From Octopus bimaculoides (taxonomy: Eukaryota): DNA of 64,000 nucleotides. Below, one piece after another: positions 26,932 through 39,264 of this stretch (positions are counted from its first letter, which is position 1; every line of letters starts with the position of its first letter). The notes below the pieces were generated by a model. That model saw only the letters and a list, made by a program, of their open reading frames with translations. It was not told the DNA's origin and did not search any database. The translations under genes were made by a program, and so were the position numbers. The stretch spans positions 57,111,482-57,175,481 of the forward strand of contig NC_068995.1 in NCBI RefSeq assembly GCF_001194135.2, in the 5' to 3' direction.

Positions 26932-27127
26932 TTAACCATTTGGCATTTATCTGACCTAAATATTCTGCAGGTTTCACGTTCAAACTGTTCAGATACAGAC
27001 TTTCATATCTATCCATAGATGACCATATTAAAATCTCACAGCTATGAGATAATACACGATTAATTCGAAACATTGTGAATGTATAAGCATTACATTTGAC
27101 AGAAAAATCTGAATGCAAAAGGGTTAA
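26932..27127. mobile_element. piggyBac-like MITE, second subfamily
   Basis: TTAACCATTT ... AAAAGGGTTAA termini; interior homologous to 28311-28511 (GCTATGAGATAAT, ATGTTCAAACTG). Confidence 0.72.
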
Positions 27128-28310
27128 AGCAAATCAACTAAATTTGTGTGAAGGGACACACACACGCTATCTTCTTTGGCAGCAAAAAGCAAAAGGAAAA
27201 TAATGATTCTAGGTCACTGGAATGCTGTCATATGCACCAAGACTCCTTCAGAACAGATTCATCTAAGTTTTACTCTGTGTGTGTGTGTGCACACATACAA
27301 ACACACATTCCTCGTCAAGTCATTAGTACATGTATGTGTATGTATTGCTCATATGAACAACCAGGGAAATTATAATTTATAATTCTTAAAAAGCCCAACT
27401 ACTAAGTATGACTCTAGCAGTTTATTAGTATCCAGTTATCAAATTTATTTGAGAAAAATCACAGTTTTGATGCCGAGCCAAACCTAGTAAACAAGTCAGA
27501 TAATTTAGTGTTTTTATCACCTTAATTGATCTTGAAGGTATCGGTGCCAGCAACACCAACTGAAAAACTCACTACTGAACATCTTTTGCTGAGAAGGAAT
27601 TTAAAACAAGTTATGTCAAAAGGTGGAACAATAAATTGGCTAGTAAAACAAAAAGGGAAAATATTTATTTCTGCAGAAGTCCAATCTAACCTCACATTAT
27701 ATAAATATAAATAATTTTATACATGCATATATAACAACAGACAAACACGCTTAGAAATAGAATTAAAAAAAAAAAAAAAAAGAGGCAGATAAGTGGTTAA
27801 GAGGGTTGCTTTACAACCATGTCATTTCATGTTCAGTCCCACTGTGTAACACCTTGGGCAAGGGTCATCTACTATAGCCTTGGACTGGCCAATTCCCAGT
27901 GAGTGAATTCAATAGATAGAAACAGTGTAGAAGCCTATATATGTGTGTGTGTGTACAGGTGTACATATGTTTTTAGGTTTTCTGCTGAGCTGAAGCTTTG
28001 CCACTTCCATTCCTCTGCCAGCATGTTACAGCTTGTCCACTGCCAATACGTCGCTCTTGTCAGCCATTCCCAGTTCCAGCAAGAGAGTGAGTGTGAAGGT
28101 GTGTGTATGTGTACATGTGTTATTCCTGCCATTGCACTGCCCTGACATTTCCTCCAGACGGACAGGTGTCAGCTGGTTCCCATGCAAGTGTAGCAAGCAT
28201 GCATGTCCATGTTGTGCAATGTTATTGGTGTACGCACTACCTTGCTCAGGGACCAAGCCCAATGACTAAAACAGATCTCTCTCTCTCTCACATCTTATTT
28301 TTATCAACTA

Positions 28311-28511
28311 TTAACCCTTTAGTATTTTAACTAGCCATAATCCAGCCCCAAATATTTGACCTGTTTTATGTTCAAACTGACCAGATCCAGCCTCTCACAC
28401 TTACCCCTCAATGTCATTCTAATACAAACACATCACTGAAATCTCAATGCTATGAGATAATGCAGGATTGATTCAGGACAATGTAAATAAATAAGGATTA
28501 CACGTGACAGA
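28311..28511. mobile_element. piggyBac-like MITE, 3' truncated
   Basis: TTAACCCTTTAG start; homology to 26932-27127. Confidence 0.68.
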
Positions 28512-29479
28512 CTCATATGAAAGACCCAAACAGGAGGATTTGAACTCAGAACATAACCAAATGCCACCAAGGTCCTACTATTTTTGGCATTACACATAGG
28601 AACTTATCCAATCCAGTGGGGTGAGTGTGACACACGCAGGTTGCAATTCACTTCCAGTTATCTAGAATACCCACCACCACAAAAAAAAAAAACTAACGGA
28701 TTAAAAAACAAACACAAAACAGGCAGTATAAAGCAAGAATAGTGATACAAGGGTCTCTGCAGATCAAATATTGCTACAGAATTTCCTCTTTTTACTGCAT
28801 TGTATTCTTTCTAATGTTAACCCCTCAACCATGAAATCAATGGTTACGGGACCTTAAGTTTTTTGTTTTCTTTTTGCCTCCTTCTTCTGCAGTTCAGTAA
28901 ATTGATAGAAGTGTTCAATGATTTATCTAAATCCATGACAGTATTGACAAAACGATTGCAAAACATCAAGATAAGCAAGATTAGGTAAAGATAGATAAAA
29001 GTTATCGAGCTAAGACAAAAAAAAACATTTAAAAAAGCGCAAGAGGAAAACCTTTATCAGAGTTTAACCTCTCTCACAGTCAATACTGTATCTTAAGCAA
29101 AAGTGGTGGTTTAGTAAATAACGGTAGTTTAGCCACCCAAGTCCACTTTCTTTGAACAGACCTATAATACACAGCATGCCACTAGTTCACACAGCCCTAT
29201 CTGTCTTGCCTTCAAGATGAGCTGAGGGAGATTTGACTACCATTTCTTGCAGGTTTTGAGCAACAATGTAGAGGGTTTTTTGTTGGCTGTAGTGAATGTG
29301 TCATGTGTTCGTACCCTTCTATAAAACAACTGGTGGCTTTCCAACACACAACCAGCTAGTTCGAGTCACACAACAGTTCAAATTAAATATCAACTATTCC
29401 AACCTACCAAGGAACCCTGACTATGCTTTTCTTAGAGGAACCTGACAGTGTAATGTACTGCAAGAGAGAAAGAGAGAGA

Positions 29480-29700
29480 GGACATAACACTGACATGTAA
29501 AGCTGGTGGAGGGCAAAGACAGTTAGGTAAAATGCCAAGATATCCAAGAAGAACTTACAGAGAAAGATGAAGACATGGAGTAGAAATGGTAAAAGGTAAC
29601 CTCAGGAGGCTGAACCTGATGAAAGAGATGACAAAGGAACAGAAGAAAAGACAAGATGCTGTGGAGGAAAAGATCCTTTGAACCCATATAAAAATGGGCA
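29480..29700 (+). mobile_element. Degenerate RTE LINE 3' fragment
   Basis: Frameshifted MPRYPRRT.../GVEMVKGNLRRLNLMKEMTKEQKKRQDAV resembles RTE GRPRKTWxEVVxxDLxxLxLxxxMxxDRxxWRxAV. Confidence 0.62.
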
Positions 29701-29707
29701 TAAATAA

Positions 29708-30085
29708 GCACAGGTGTGGCTGAGTGGTGAGAAGTTTGTGTTCCAACCATATGGTTCCTGGTGTAGTATAAACTGCATGGTACCTTCAGCAAATAACTTC
29801 TGCTAAAGTCCCAAGCCAACCAAAGTTTCATGAGAGGATTTGATAGATGGAAACTGAAAGAAGCCCGTTGTGTATATATGTGTGTGTGTGTGTTTGCCCT
29901 CCATCATTGCTTGACAACTGGTGTTGGTTTGTTTACATTCTGCAACTTAGAGCGTTCTGCAAAGAGAGATGCAAAGAATAAGCAGCAGGCTTTAAACTAA
30001 GTACTGGGACCAATTTGTTTGACCAAACTTTTCAAGACATGCTCCAACATGGTCACAGACTGAAAACAAGGAAAAAGAATAAAAA
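29708..30085 (+). mobile_element. SINE, same family
   Basis: Head AGGTGTGGCTGAGTGG, body GATGGAAACTGAAAGAAGCCCG, tail CCAACATGGTCACAGACTGAAAACAAG. Confidence 0.82.
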
Positions 30086-30329
30086 CAATATCTGTCCTTC
30101 ACCCTCCCACAACCATATTTACCCATCCCGTTTCACTTAAGGGTGCAACCAGATATTTTCACCCCCATTTTCTTTTTTATCCAACAGGTAAGAATAGAGT
30201 AATTATATGTCTCCCTACAGCAAGACACCTGCTCCTCTCATCCCCTGGCATAAAGCCATCTTTAACCAATACTCTCTCACACTCGGGGGGAGGGGGTCTT
30301 GTCAAGTAAGTAACTCGATATCTCTTAGT

Positions 30330-30490
30330 ACCATGTAAAAGAGTACCCTAAACACTGTAAAGTGGTTGGCAGTAGGAAGGGCATCCAGCTGTAAAAAACA
30401 TACGGAAGAAGACATTAGGGTTTGATGCAGCCCTCTGGCTCATCAGCTCCTCTTGAACTGTCCAACCCATACCAGCATGGAAAACAGACG
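30330..30490 (+). mobile_element. RTE-type 3' UTR/tail fragment
   Basis: GTAAAGTGGTTGGCAGTAGGAAGGGCATCCAGCTGT...TCCAACCCATACCAGCATGGAAAACAGACGTTAA; the same tail occurs at 15510-15568, 23020-23090 and reversed at 37808-37875. Confidence 0.7.
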
Positions 30491-30504
30491 TTAACGTGGT
30501 GTAT

Positions 30505-30810
30505 CAACTGACACTGGGTCAGTTACGACAATAAAGGCTTCCAGTAGATCCAATCGATGCAACAGCCTGCTCACTGAATTAACAGGCGAGGGTCTAAGCA
30601 CTCCTCAGACATGCATATTGTTTACGTAGTTCTCAGGTATATTCAGCACGACACAGAATGTGACAAGGCTGGGCCTTTTGAATTACAACTCATTCTCACC
30701 AGCTGAGTGGACTGGAGCCACATGAAATAAAGCATCTTGCTCAAGGACAGAACGTGTCATCAGGTCTCGTACTCACAACCTTACAAATGTGACCCCAAAA
30801 TCCTAAGCTA
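30505..30810 (-). mobile_element. Second SINE family copy (Meta/Deu-like)
   Basis: AGCTGAGTGGACTGGAGCCACATGAAATAAAGCATCTTGCTCAAGGACA is the reverse complement of the domain at 2990-3050. Confidence 0.75.
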
Positions 30811-33800
30811 TGTGCTTTGACTAAACAGTGAGGTGTGTCTATATGACTTTGCAAGCACACACACCCAGAGACTTTGTGCATGTATTGCCTGATGGAAGTA
30901 TGAAGTGTCTATTCAAACGATGATCATGCATGAATGTGCTCGTGAATAAATGCGTGCACATGAGGATCAGTAAACATGCATATGAAAGAGAGAGAGAGAG
31001 AGAGAGAGAGTGGATGTGTGTGTTACCTGATGTTTAAGTGATGTTCAAAATTTGGAACAGATGAAAAATAGATTTATATGAGAAGTAAAAAAAAAGGGAA
31101 AAAAGAAGACTAAAATAAATATAATACAAGAATAAGAGTGTAAATATATGAAATATTAATTAATAAAATTGCTATTAGTCATTAAATAAAAACAATAATA
31201 TAAAAAAAAAGCATTGAAATAATACAAATGTGAAAAGTTCCAAACACAAGCATTGTGCATTTAAAATAAAATTTTTAAACTATGAAAGAAAATGGATACT
31301 TAATTCTAACATCTACAATTATTATTTTTATTGAATTCCTGAATATTCAAATTAAGTCACTTTTAGTTTTCACTAAGGTTTTTGTTTTTCTGTTGAAAAC
31401 ATGATGAAAATAATTCATATTTTTGGGAGTTTTTTTTTTTAAAGTGTTGACAGAAAATACATCCAGCCACCCCACCCCCACACATATATACACAAACGAG
31501 GTGGAATGTCAAATTACACATACCTATTTATGTATGAGATGGATTTTGTCCATAATATATGCATGTATATTCATGTGTGTGTGCGCAAGCACATACACAC
31601 ACAAGTGCACACAGGCAATCACAAATAGGCCTATTTTACATACACACACACACACATACAGTTCCTATTTCACACAAATACACAATAGAAACTATACAAA
31701 CACACACACATATTAACTCATATTTATATATAGATACACAAATGGACATTATCTCTCAAACATACATACACATCTATGCACATAAAATTCCTTTATGTGC
31801 ACACAATGCATATTTATGTGTATAATTGGGTATATAAACATGCACATACATAAATGTGTGTGTGTGATTTGCACATAAATACACACATCAGATAAATGTT
31901 AAGAAATGTATTGACTTTTTTTTAAGTGTTTATTAAATTTCTTTTACAGTAAACGAGAAGAAAATTAGTACGTAGATGTCACAAGAATTATATTGGTGCG
32001 AACGATGGAACAACTTGTTAAATAATTTTTAATATTTGACACTCCTTCTACCACCACCACCACCACCTTCATTGCAAGCGTCTGTGAAAATGTGAGGTGG
32101 TGGGGAGAGACAAAGACAGAGAAAGAGGGAAAGCGAAATGGTAGATAGACCTTTTTTTTTTTTAAAAGGAGATATTTTTACCTCCCAAAACTGTGTGAAG
32201 GTGGGTGGCAAAAATGGTTAAAAATGACAAATTATGGTATTTTCAAAAGCCTGTTGGCAGATTAAGGAGAAAGTCAATGAATGTTATTGCACATCCATAC
32301 ATATTAATGATTTCCTGTGGAAACAGAAAGGATGTAGTTGGGGAAACAGAGAGAGAGAGAGAGAGAGAGTAAAAAAAGGATAGGAAAGGGTTGAAAGGTC
32401 AGGGGGGAGAACAGGGGATATAACTCGTATACAGAAGGGGGGGGGGGAACAATGAATGGTATCAAGAGAATATTTCATGCATTATTCAAATATATTACAG
32501 ACAATACATAAACATCACATACACTCACATATAAACTCAAGTACATAGGTGGGTGTGGATGGACGTATGTATGGATATATATAGTGTATATATATACATA
32601 TATATATATAGATGTATATATATATATATATATATATATAGTGTATGGATGATCATAGAAAACAGAAGTAAATAATTAAAGTTTAAAATAAAAACAAGGC
32701 AGTAAAATTAGGACATAAATGAGCCGATAGAATCAAATAAACAAGGAAAGCAAATCTGCTTCATTGTGTGTGTGTGTGTGTGTGTGTGGAATATAATTAT
32801 TACATTGAATAAATATGCTACAATTGTATGTAAATGATCCAACCACAACATAGACATCCATTTTCTTTCTGCTGGTTTTTCTTTGACCTAATTTCTAAGA
32901 AGCTTTTTTTATATTTTTCTGCAAAAGGTAGTAAGTTGCTGGAATTAATGGCCGAGATAGAGTACTTGTTTCAACAAAGTACACAAGGCTTTGCATTTCA
33001 TTTATTTCAAAAAGAAAAACAAAAAAGATAATCAGATGTTGTGGTGTTCAAGCCTTTCCCAACACAAAAATAAACAAGCTTTTTAATAAGGGCTGAAAAT
33101 GCAAAGACCATTTCCACTCATAAATTACCAATTTGTTATCAACTACTTAATTCTTATATTACCATAGTTCTATTGAAATAGTTTTTTTATTTCAATTTCT
33201 TTGGTCAATCTAAGATTGCTATGATAGATGACAAGTTGCCCAAGGAATCGTGCCGTGAGATGGGACCTGAAGCTACGTAAATCACAACCACATAGCCATA
33301 CCTTGTATGCTTCAGAGCTCGAGATATGCTACAGGTTCTTTGCTTTCATCTCTTGTGGGGACAACATCAGTGAATAAAGAAGGATAAACTCAGCAAACAA
33401 GGGCACTAAATATATGGTAAAAAAAAAAGAGAAAAAGAGAGAAAAAATAAACACTGTTGGCATGGTGACATGTGGTTAGGATGAGTCCCATAAACTACTT
33501 CAACTTAGCTAAGCAGATGTTGACTGTAAAAAATGATGAATGTGTTATCATGAACCACAAAAGAAGAGGGTCAGTTATTTTGATTGAGTCCTTTTTAGAA
33601 AGCAAATAGAATGGAGCAATCAAAAACCTATATTCAATAACAGCAGAGAGTTGATTGATTGACATTTCCATCCATGACTCACACCCCTCTCTCATACTGC
33701 TACCCTTTAGGATTTAGGGACCTAAAAGGAAATTAGCACAAGTCATAAGTAAAATGTAGAGCGATGAGGGAGATTTGACTGTTATTTTCAGAGCCAATGC

Positions 33801-33899
33801 TATGATCTATGCAGTACATGCTAGAGATGATCTTCTAATGAGTCAGGTAGCACTATGTCTGCAAATATCAGTGAGCTGATCACACACCCACAGATTGTG

Positions 33900-34200
33900 A
33901 CAGCATTTCCACAATGGTTGCACACGTCAATCGAGTTCTTCAGATTGGGATCGCAGCTCCCGTATAACATATATTTGCTAAGACTGCCTCAGAAAAAAAA
34001 AATCACAAGATGGATTCTTCATGCCTAGCCAACTGGCAGGGGATCTATGGGCAGACCAAGAATAAGATGGTTGGATAAACATCCATAGCGTTAGTCGGTC
34101 ATGCTTGGGAATCCAGCAAAAAGGTGTAATGTGGGTTGCTCATGATAGGTTCCGAAAGAGAACTCTATTGCCATGACCCTTTCAGGAACAGCACGGAGCA
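33900..34200 (+). mobile_element. Degenerate RTE-clade LINE ORF C-terminal fragment
   Basis: Translation FRLGSQLPYNIYLLRLPQKKKITRWILHA*PTGRGSMGRPRIRWLD follows the RTE pattern SQLRWxGHxxRMP...PxGxRxxGRPRxRWxD; in-frame stops present. Confidence 0.75.
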
Positions 34201-37140
34201 AAAATGCATGGAAAGCTATAAGACGGAAGCTCCTATTTTGAATTCTGATAGGAATACAAAGTATCAAAGGAAATCCTAAGGTTGATATAATCAACAAAAA
34301 CCCTTGAAGCTTGTCTCAACATGTCTATAGTAAAACCAGTCAAAGAAAGCCAGTCCATATAGAATATCCAGTGGATGCCATAGCAATCAATTATGAGTTA
34401 ATTAAAATGCAGTTGGAATAGTCTAGACAGTTGCCTGAAGGATTGGAAACAATATTCAGTTAATATAAAGTTGAAAGTGAATATACATACACATACTCAC
34501 ACACACATACATAAAGAGCAAAAATAATGTGAAGAATTGTAAATGAATCTATCTTCTAAACTACGCTTTATAATAAGCTAAGTTTTCTTCTACAGTGGTT
34601 TACAACAGAATGACACCAATAGTAGGTTTTACAAGTTTGCTCTATTTACATGGAATAATTTAGTTACTAAGATCTTAATTAGGTAATATCTGAAAGAACA
34701 AGAAGAATATTTCCAAACAAAATCCATTTCACTACTTAAAGAAATTAAAATGTAAAAACCTGATGGATAATGTGATAGTAAAACACTTTGAAAATAAGAC
34801 AAGGTGGCCATTTCTGGAATATCTTTGATCACAGAGCTGCTTCATTAGAGACAAACAAAGCAGTTCTTTCAAGTTTGTCAAGAGAAAAGGGTGGAACCAG
34901 GTTACTTTTGTTCTAAAAGGAAGACTAAAATCAATACAGAAATCATTAGAGATCAATATTTAAAATTAATAACTGTTCTTAATTTCTTTTAAAAATTATA
35001 CAGGTACAACACCAACTCCCTGGACACTGATGGTCTGGAAACTCTTATAATCGGCTCCAGTTTATGAGCAGAAACGTCAGGTCACCTGACTATTTCACTG
35101 GTACCAAAGTAATACAGTATTAATAAACTTGTTTCATTTATACTAATGTACAGGTAACTGTATTTCATTTAATTCTTCAAATAAATTTGATTTTTATATA
35201 ATTTGCTTGTTATACATTAGTCAGAGAGGTGGAGGTGGAGTGAGTGAGAGGTGGAGTAAGAGAGAGAGAGGAGTAAAGAAAGAAGAGAGGAAGAAGCAGA
35301 GAAAGATTAATATTAATACACTTAGGTCAAATTGTCATGTGGTCAGCTGTAGGTAGAGGCGGAGAACAAGAGAGAGAGGTGAGAGAGGAAGAGAGAGAAG
35401 TGTTAATGATGTGAGGTGAGGAAGGAATACTTATGTGATTAAAAAGTTAGCTGAAAGGAAAAGTGGAGAGAGGTGGACAGGGGGGAGAGAGAGAGAGAGA
35501 GAGAGAGGCAGATAGCGGAGGTGGTGGTGTTGTGAACATTTTTTTATTGACCTATTTCTTTCTTTTTTTTTTGGCAACAACCATTGCTTAACGCATAAGT
35601 GCAATTATTTGTAGTCTGCTCACTTGATACTTGTTTATAAGGGTTAATTTAGCCTAAACTTTGGGTTTACAAGAAACATGATTGCAAGCTGCCCAAGAAA
35701 GGATGCGCAGATATGGAGGAACAGCAAGAAGATATAATAAAATTAGGAAAAAAGGACAACACCGATGGAGACATGAGGAAACAAACGTAGATGAATGTCA
35801 AGAATAAAGAAAGCTGAACTATGAATGCTATAAAAAAATTGGTCCTCTTAATTTTTTTCCATTCTGTGGAATTTACATGGGTCCTGACCATTTCCAGGAA
35901 GTCTATACATTAAAATCATGGGTGGTGGTGTTGGGCAGTTTTGGGTTAACAGCAACCAAAATTATGGATGGCTGTGGGTCCATGAAAATAACTCAAACAA
36001 AACAACACACAACTTTCTAAAGAAAGTTCAAATACCACATTTTTATGCTTTATTTTCAGTTATTCAAAGCCAGAGACTAAATATTGACTTCTCACAAATG
36101 TAACTTAAGCTTCTTTTTTGTCAAGACTAATATTGAGAAAATCAGGTTTTAAAAACAGAAATAAAAAAATGGCAAGGAGGCTATCCATTCTCACTTGAAA
36201 GTAAAAACAACAACATCCCTAACTCTAAACTTATAGAGCTGACAACATTAAAATTTTGACAAGACAATTTTTTTGTCTGTGTGACGATTCTTTCTTTACA
36301 AGCTCGAGAACTTCAAAACAAAAATGCAAAACAACAAAATATGGTAAATAAAACCTGGTCCTTTTCATATCACTTCCAACATGACAATCCTTTTTGGAGA
36401 AAAACATTTTAGTTGTTTTTTTTAGTTTTGTAAGTTCTAGATTTTATTTTATTTAATCTTTTATTTTTGTTTTCTCGAAATGAGTCAAGAATAAGGATTT
36501 ATTTAAAACTAGCTTTACTTTGAAGAATCCTTCAGTTTAAATATTGCCCCAGTGGTAGCAAGGGAATGGAATCGCAGCGAGCAAGCAAATTCAATATCAA
36601 GAGAAAAAAAAAAAAAATAGAGAAGGTGAAAGCTATGAAGAAAAACAAAAAAAAAAGGAAACCCCACTCCTCTTGAATTTGTGATGAATGTTCCTTCCAC
36701 CACCAGCAAGTTTCTTATGAAACAGCATCAGAGAACACAGCAAGTTTGCTTTTAACATTGAGAAACCTGGTTACATGCAATAAGTTTATTGGATTTACTT
36801 ATAAAAATCAAGAGAATCTGACAATCAGTCGACATATTTTCCAACTTAGGGGTTTATATGTATGTCATTTCGGATCCTGATCCCACTCTAAATTTTAGGG
36901 AGACATCAAAATTTTCAACCCCTAAAATTTTTTTGCCTTTACAAACCTAAATACATCTATAATATATTCCTTCTCCCTGGGGAAAGGGCTTTCCACAAAA
37001 CTATTTTTTCTTTTAAACTAAGAAAATTTATTATTATTATCAATCAGAAAAACTTATAGAGTGACTCAAGGGTCGAGAGTTTCATGCAGTGGTTGATCCC
37101 ATGAGAAACTAATTTCAGCCAATTAGTAATAATAATAATA

Positions 37141-37363
37141 ATCCTTTCTACTCTAGGCACAAGACCTGAAATTTTTTTTTGGGGGGGGGGGGTTCCAATC
37201 GATTAGATTGGCTCCAGTGCTCAACTGGTACTTAATTTATCGATCCCCGAAAGGATGAAAGGCAAAGTCAACCTCGGCAGAATTTGAACTTAGAATGTAG
37301 CTACAGGCGAAATAACGCTAAGCATTACATCCAGCGTGCTAACGATTGTCAGCTCATCGCCTT
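37141..37363 (-). mobile_element. Third SINE family (CORE-like), near full length and relatively young
   Basis: CTGGTACTTAATTTATCGATCCCCGAAAGGATGAAAGGCAAAGTCAACCTCGGCAGAATTTGAAC, flanked by (AAT)n. Homologous pieces at 26428-26860, 44470-44590 and 60384-60510. Confidence 0.82.
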
Positions 37364-37693
37364 AATAATAATAATAATAATAACAATAAATATACTCCTG
37401 TTTTGAGTTCTGTTCTCTTGTGTCACCCGACTTAAAATAGCAACACTTTGAAAACTTTGAGAAAACTGTAGAAATGAAAATGTGAAATAATACACCATAT
37501 ATAGACAGACGGACAGACAGACAGAGAGATGTATGGTATTAACCCACTGTCTCTTTTTCATTGGAAATAAGTGAATGAGAAACTATGTGGTGTGGTCACC
37601 AGACCAGCACGAAATACTATCTGCATTTCTCACAAATGACCTTACAAGCGAAAGAAGAAAACAAAAAGGGCACATTGGAATCCTATATTCTTA

Positions 37694-37807
37694 TATGAGG
37701 GGATGCTGAAAAGTTCCTGGCTTTCAGGGTGTCATGAAAGGCCTGGTTAGAGGCCTAACTTTCCGGGTTCTTTTACAAAGCTTAGAAAAACTGATGGACT
37801 GCTGCAA
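37694..37807. mobile_element. Mariner-like MITE fragment
   Basis: TA followed by TGAGGGGATGCTGAAAAGTTCC, resembling mariner TIR TACGAGGG...AAAAGTT with CpG decay. Confidence 0.5.
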
Positions 37808-38808
37808 TCATCATCATTTAACATCTGCTTTCCATGCTAGCATGGGTTGGACGATTTGATTGGGGACTGGCGAAGCAGACTCAATCTGACTTTTTAAATA
37901 GACTCAATCTGACTTTTTAAATAGATATCCCATTTTTAAGCTTGTTCTTGTTGCTGCAGAGACGACCTTCTGAATAAAGGTATTTATAATTAGTTCAATA
38001 GCATTGCAAGATGATAGAGGTTTCAATCTCCACTTATTAAAGTTCTTTTTTTTAAACCATTGTTAAAAAAAAAAAAGAATTTAAATGAAAAATCTTACAC
38101 TCTGGTCTGACTTGAATCCACTACCAGATTATGCAGGATGTCCTATCACTGCTTATTTATCTGTGTCTTTACTTACATTGGGTGCCCTGTTAATTTCTGT
38201 GGAAAATAAGATAACTAAATCTACCACAGCATTAAATCAATAATAAAAATAAATTTAAATATCTCATTATTAAGTTGTTTCTCAGGTGTTGGTTTGATGG
38301 CCTAATAGGTAAAGGTGTTAGTAATTTAACCAATAACCTTGTATGAAGGTAGAGGTTTCAATCTCTATCTAGAAATATATTTTTTAATACTTTTGTATAA
38401 ACGAAAAAAAAAATAAAAAGACTCTCACCTCCTTCTCTCATCCTGGCCAGGACAGTTCAGAATGTCCCCCTCACCCAGTTCATCTACACTCACCTTTACC
38501 TACTAGTCTACATTGAAATGACTTGGGTTGAGGAATGCATGTGGTTCGGTTCAGCTTCAAAGGCACAAATATTACAAAGAATTTATTGGTTTGTTTTTGG
38601 TCAGAACATACAGTTAAAATACTGGCATAGTTGCTCATAAGATATTGAAGTATTTTCAACTAAATCGTTTTTCTGGTGGAGGGGAAATTTATTTAACTGA
38701 CAATTCCATTAAATTCTTTAAATATTTGCTTCAAAAGGATATTTAATGAAACATGAATTTGACAGTAGGTTCAGCTCAATATTTACCCCATTTAAACTTA
38801 TCTAAAAA

Positions 38809-39264
38809 TACAAGGTGGCACAAAGTTGAAGAGAAAATCAGTCATAAAATTTATGGCAATAACGTAACCATTTGTTGATGTGTTTCGTACAAAAGTAACC
38901 ATGAAAAGCCATAAATTGTCTGAAGAAAGAACTTGAATGGTGTGGAACGAGCATCCGTCCCCTGTGGACGAAGAAGAATTATTTGTGGTCAGTTAGAGAT
39001 AACATTACATTGTGCCATTTAGTGATAAGGTTACGAGTACTGAGAAAGGTCCATTGACCGTTGCTCAGAATAAATCTGATAAGGAAAAATCATTCACACA
39101 TTTCAAACACAATTTATCTATCTCCTCAGCAACTAGATGTTGAAAACTCCATATCGAATAATACAATTTGTTCTCCCTTCACCAAATAATTCAAAGATTT
39201 GTCATGAAATCCGACTAAGGGCATGCAACAATAAAATGCATTTGTTCATGATAAATTATTTGTA
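38809..39264 (-). mobile_element. Tc1/mariner-superfamily transposase remnant
   Basis: Terminus TACAAGGTG (TACAGGGTG-like). Minus translation ...LF*ATVNG...STGDGCSFHTIQV matches ...FFxxTVNG...FQQDGAPxHT. Confidence 0.6.

Noticed and set aside
35670-35990. Possible Ty3/gypsy integrase C-terminal remnant (LQAAQERMRRY...YMGP)
   Set aside because: Similarity too weak and interrupted to support without a profile search.
36890-36930. 11-bp inverted repeat AAATTTTAGGG/CCCTAAAATTT
   Set aside because: No TIR homology to the 41 kb element; short AT-rich match plausible by chance.
38290-38380. tRNA-like stretch; also the tRNA-like heads of all SINEs
   Set aside because: No complete cloverleaf or acceptor stem; degenerate SINE-type heads, not tRNA genes.
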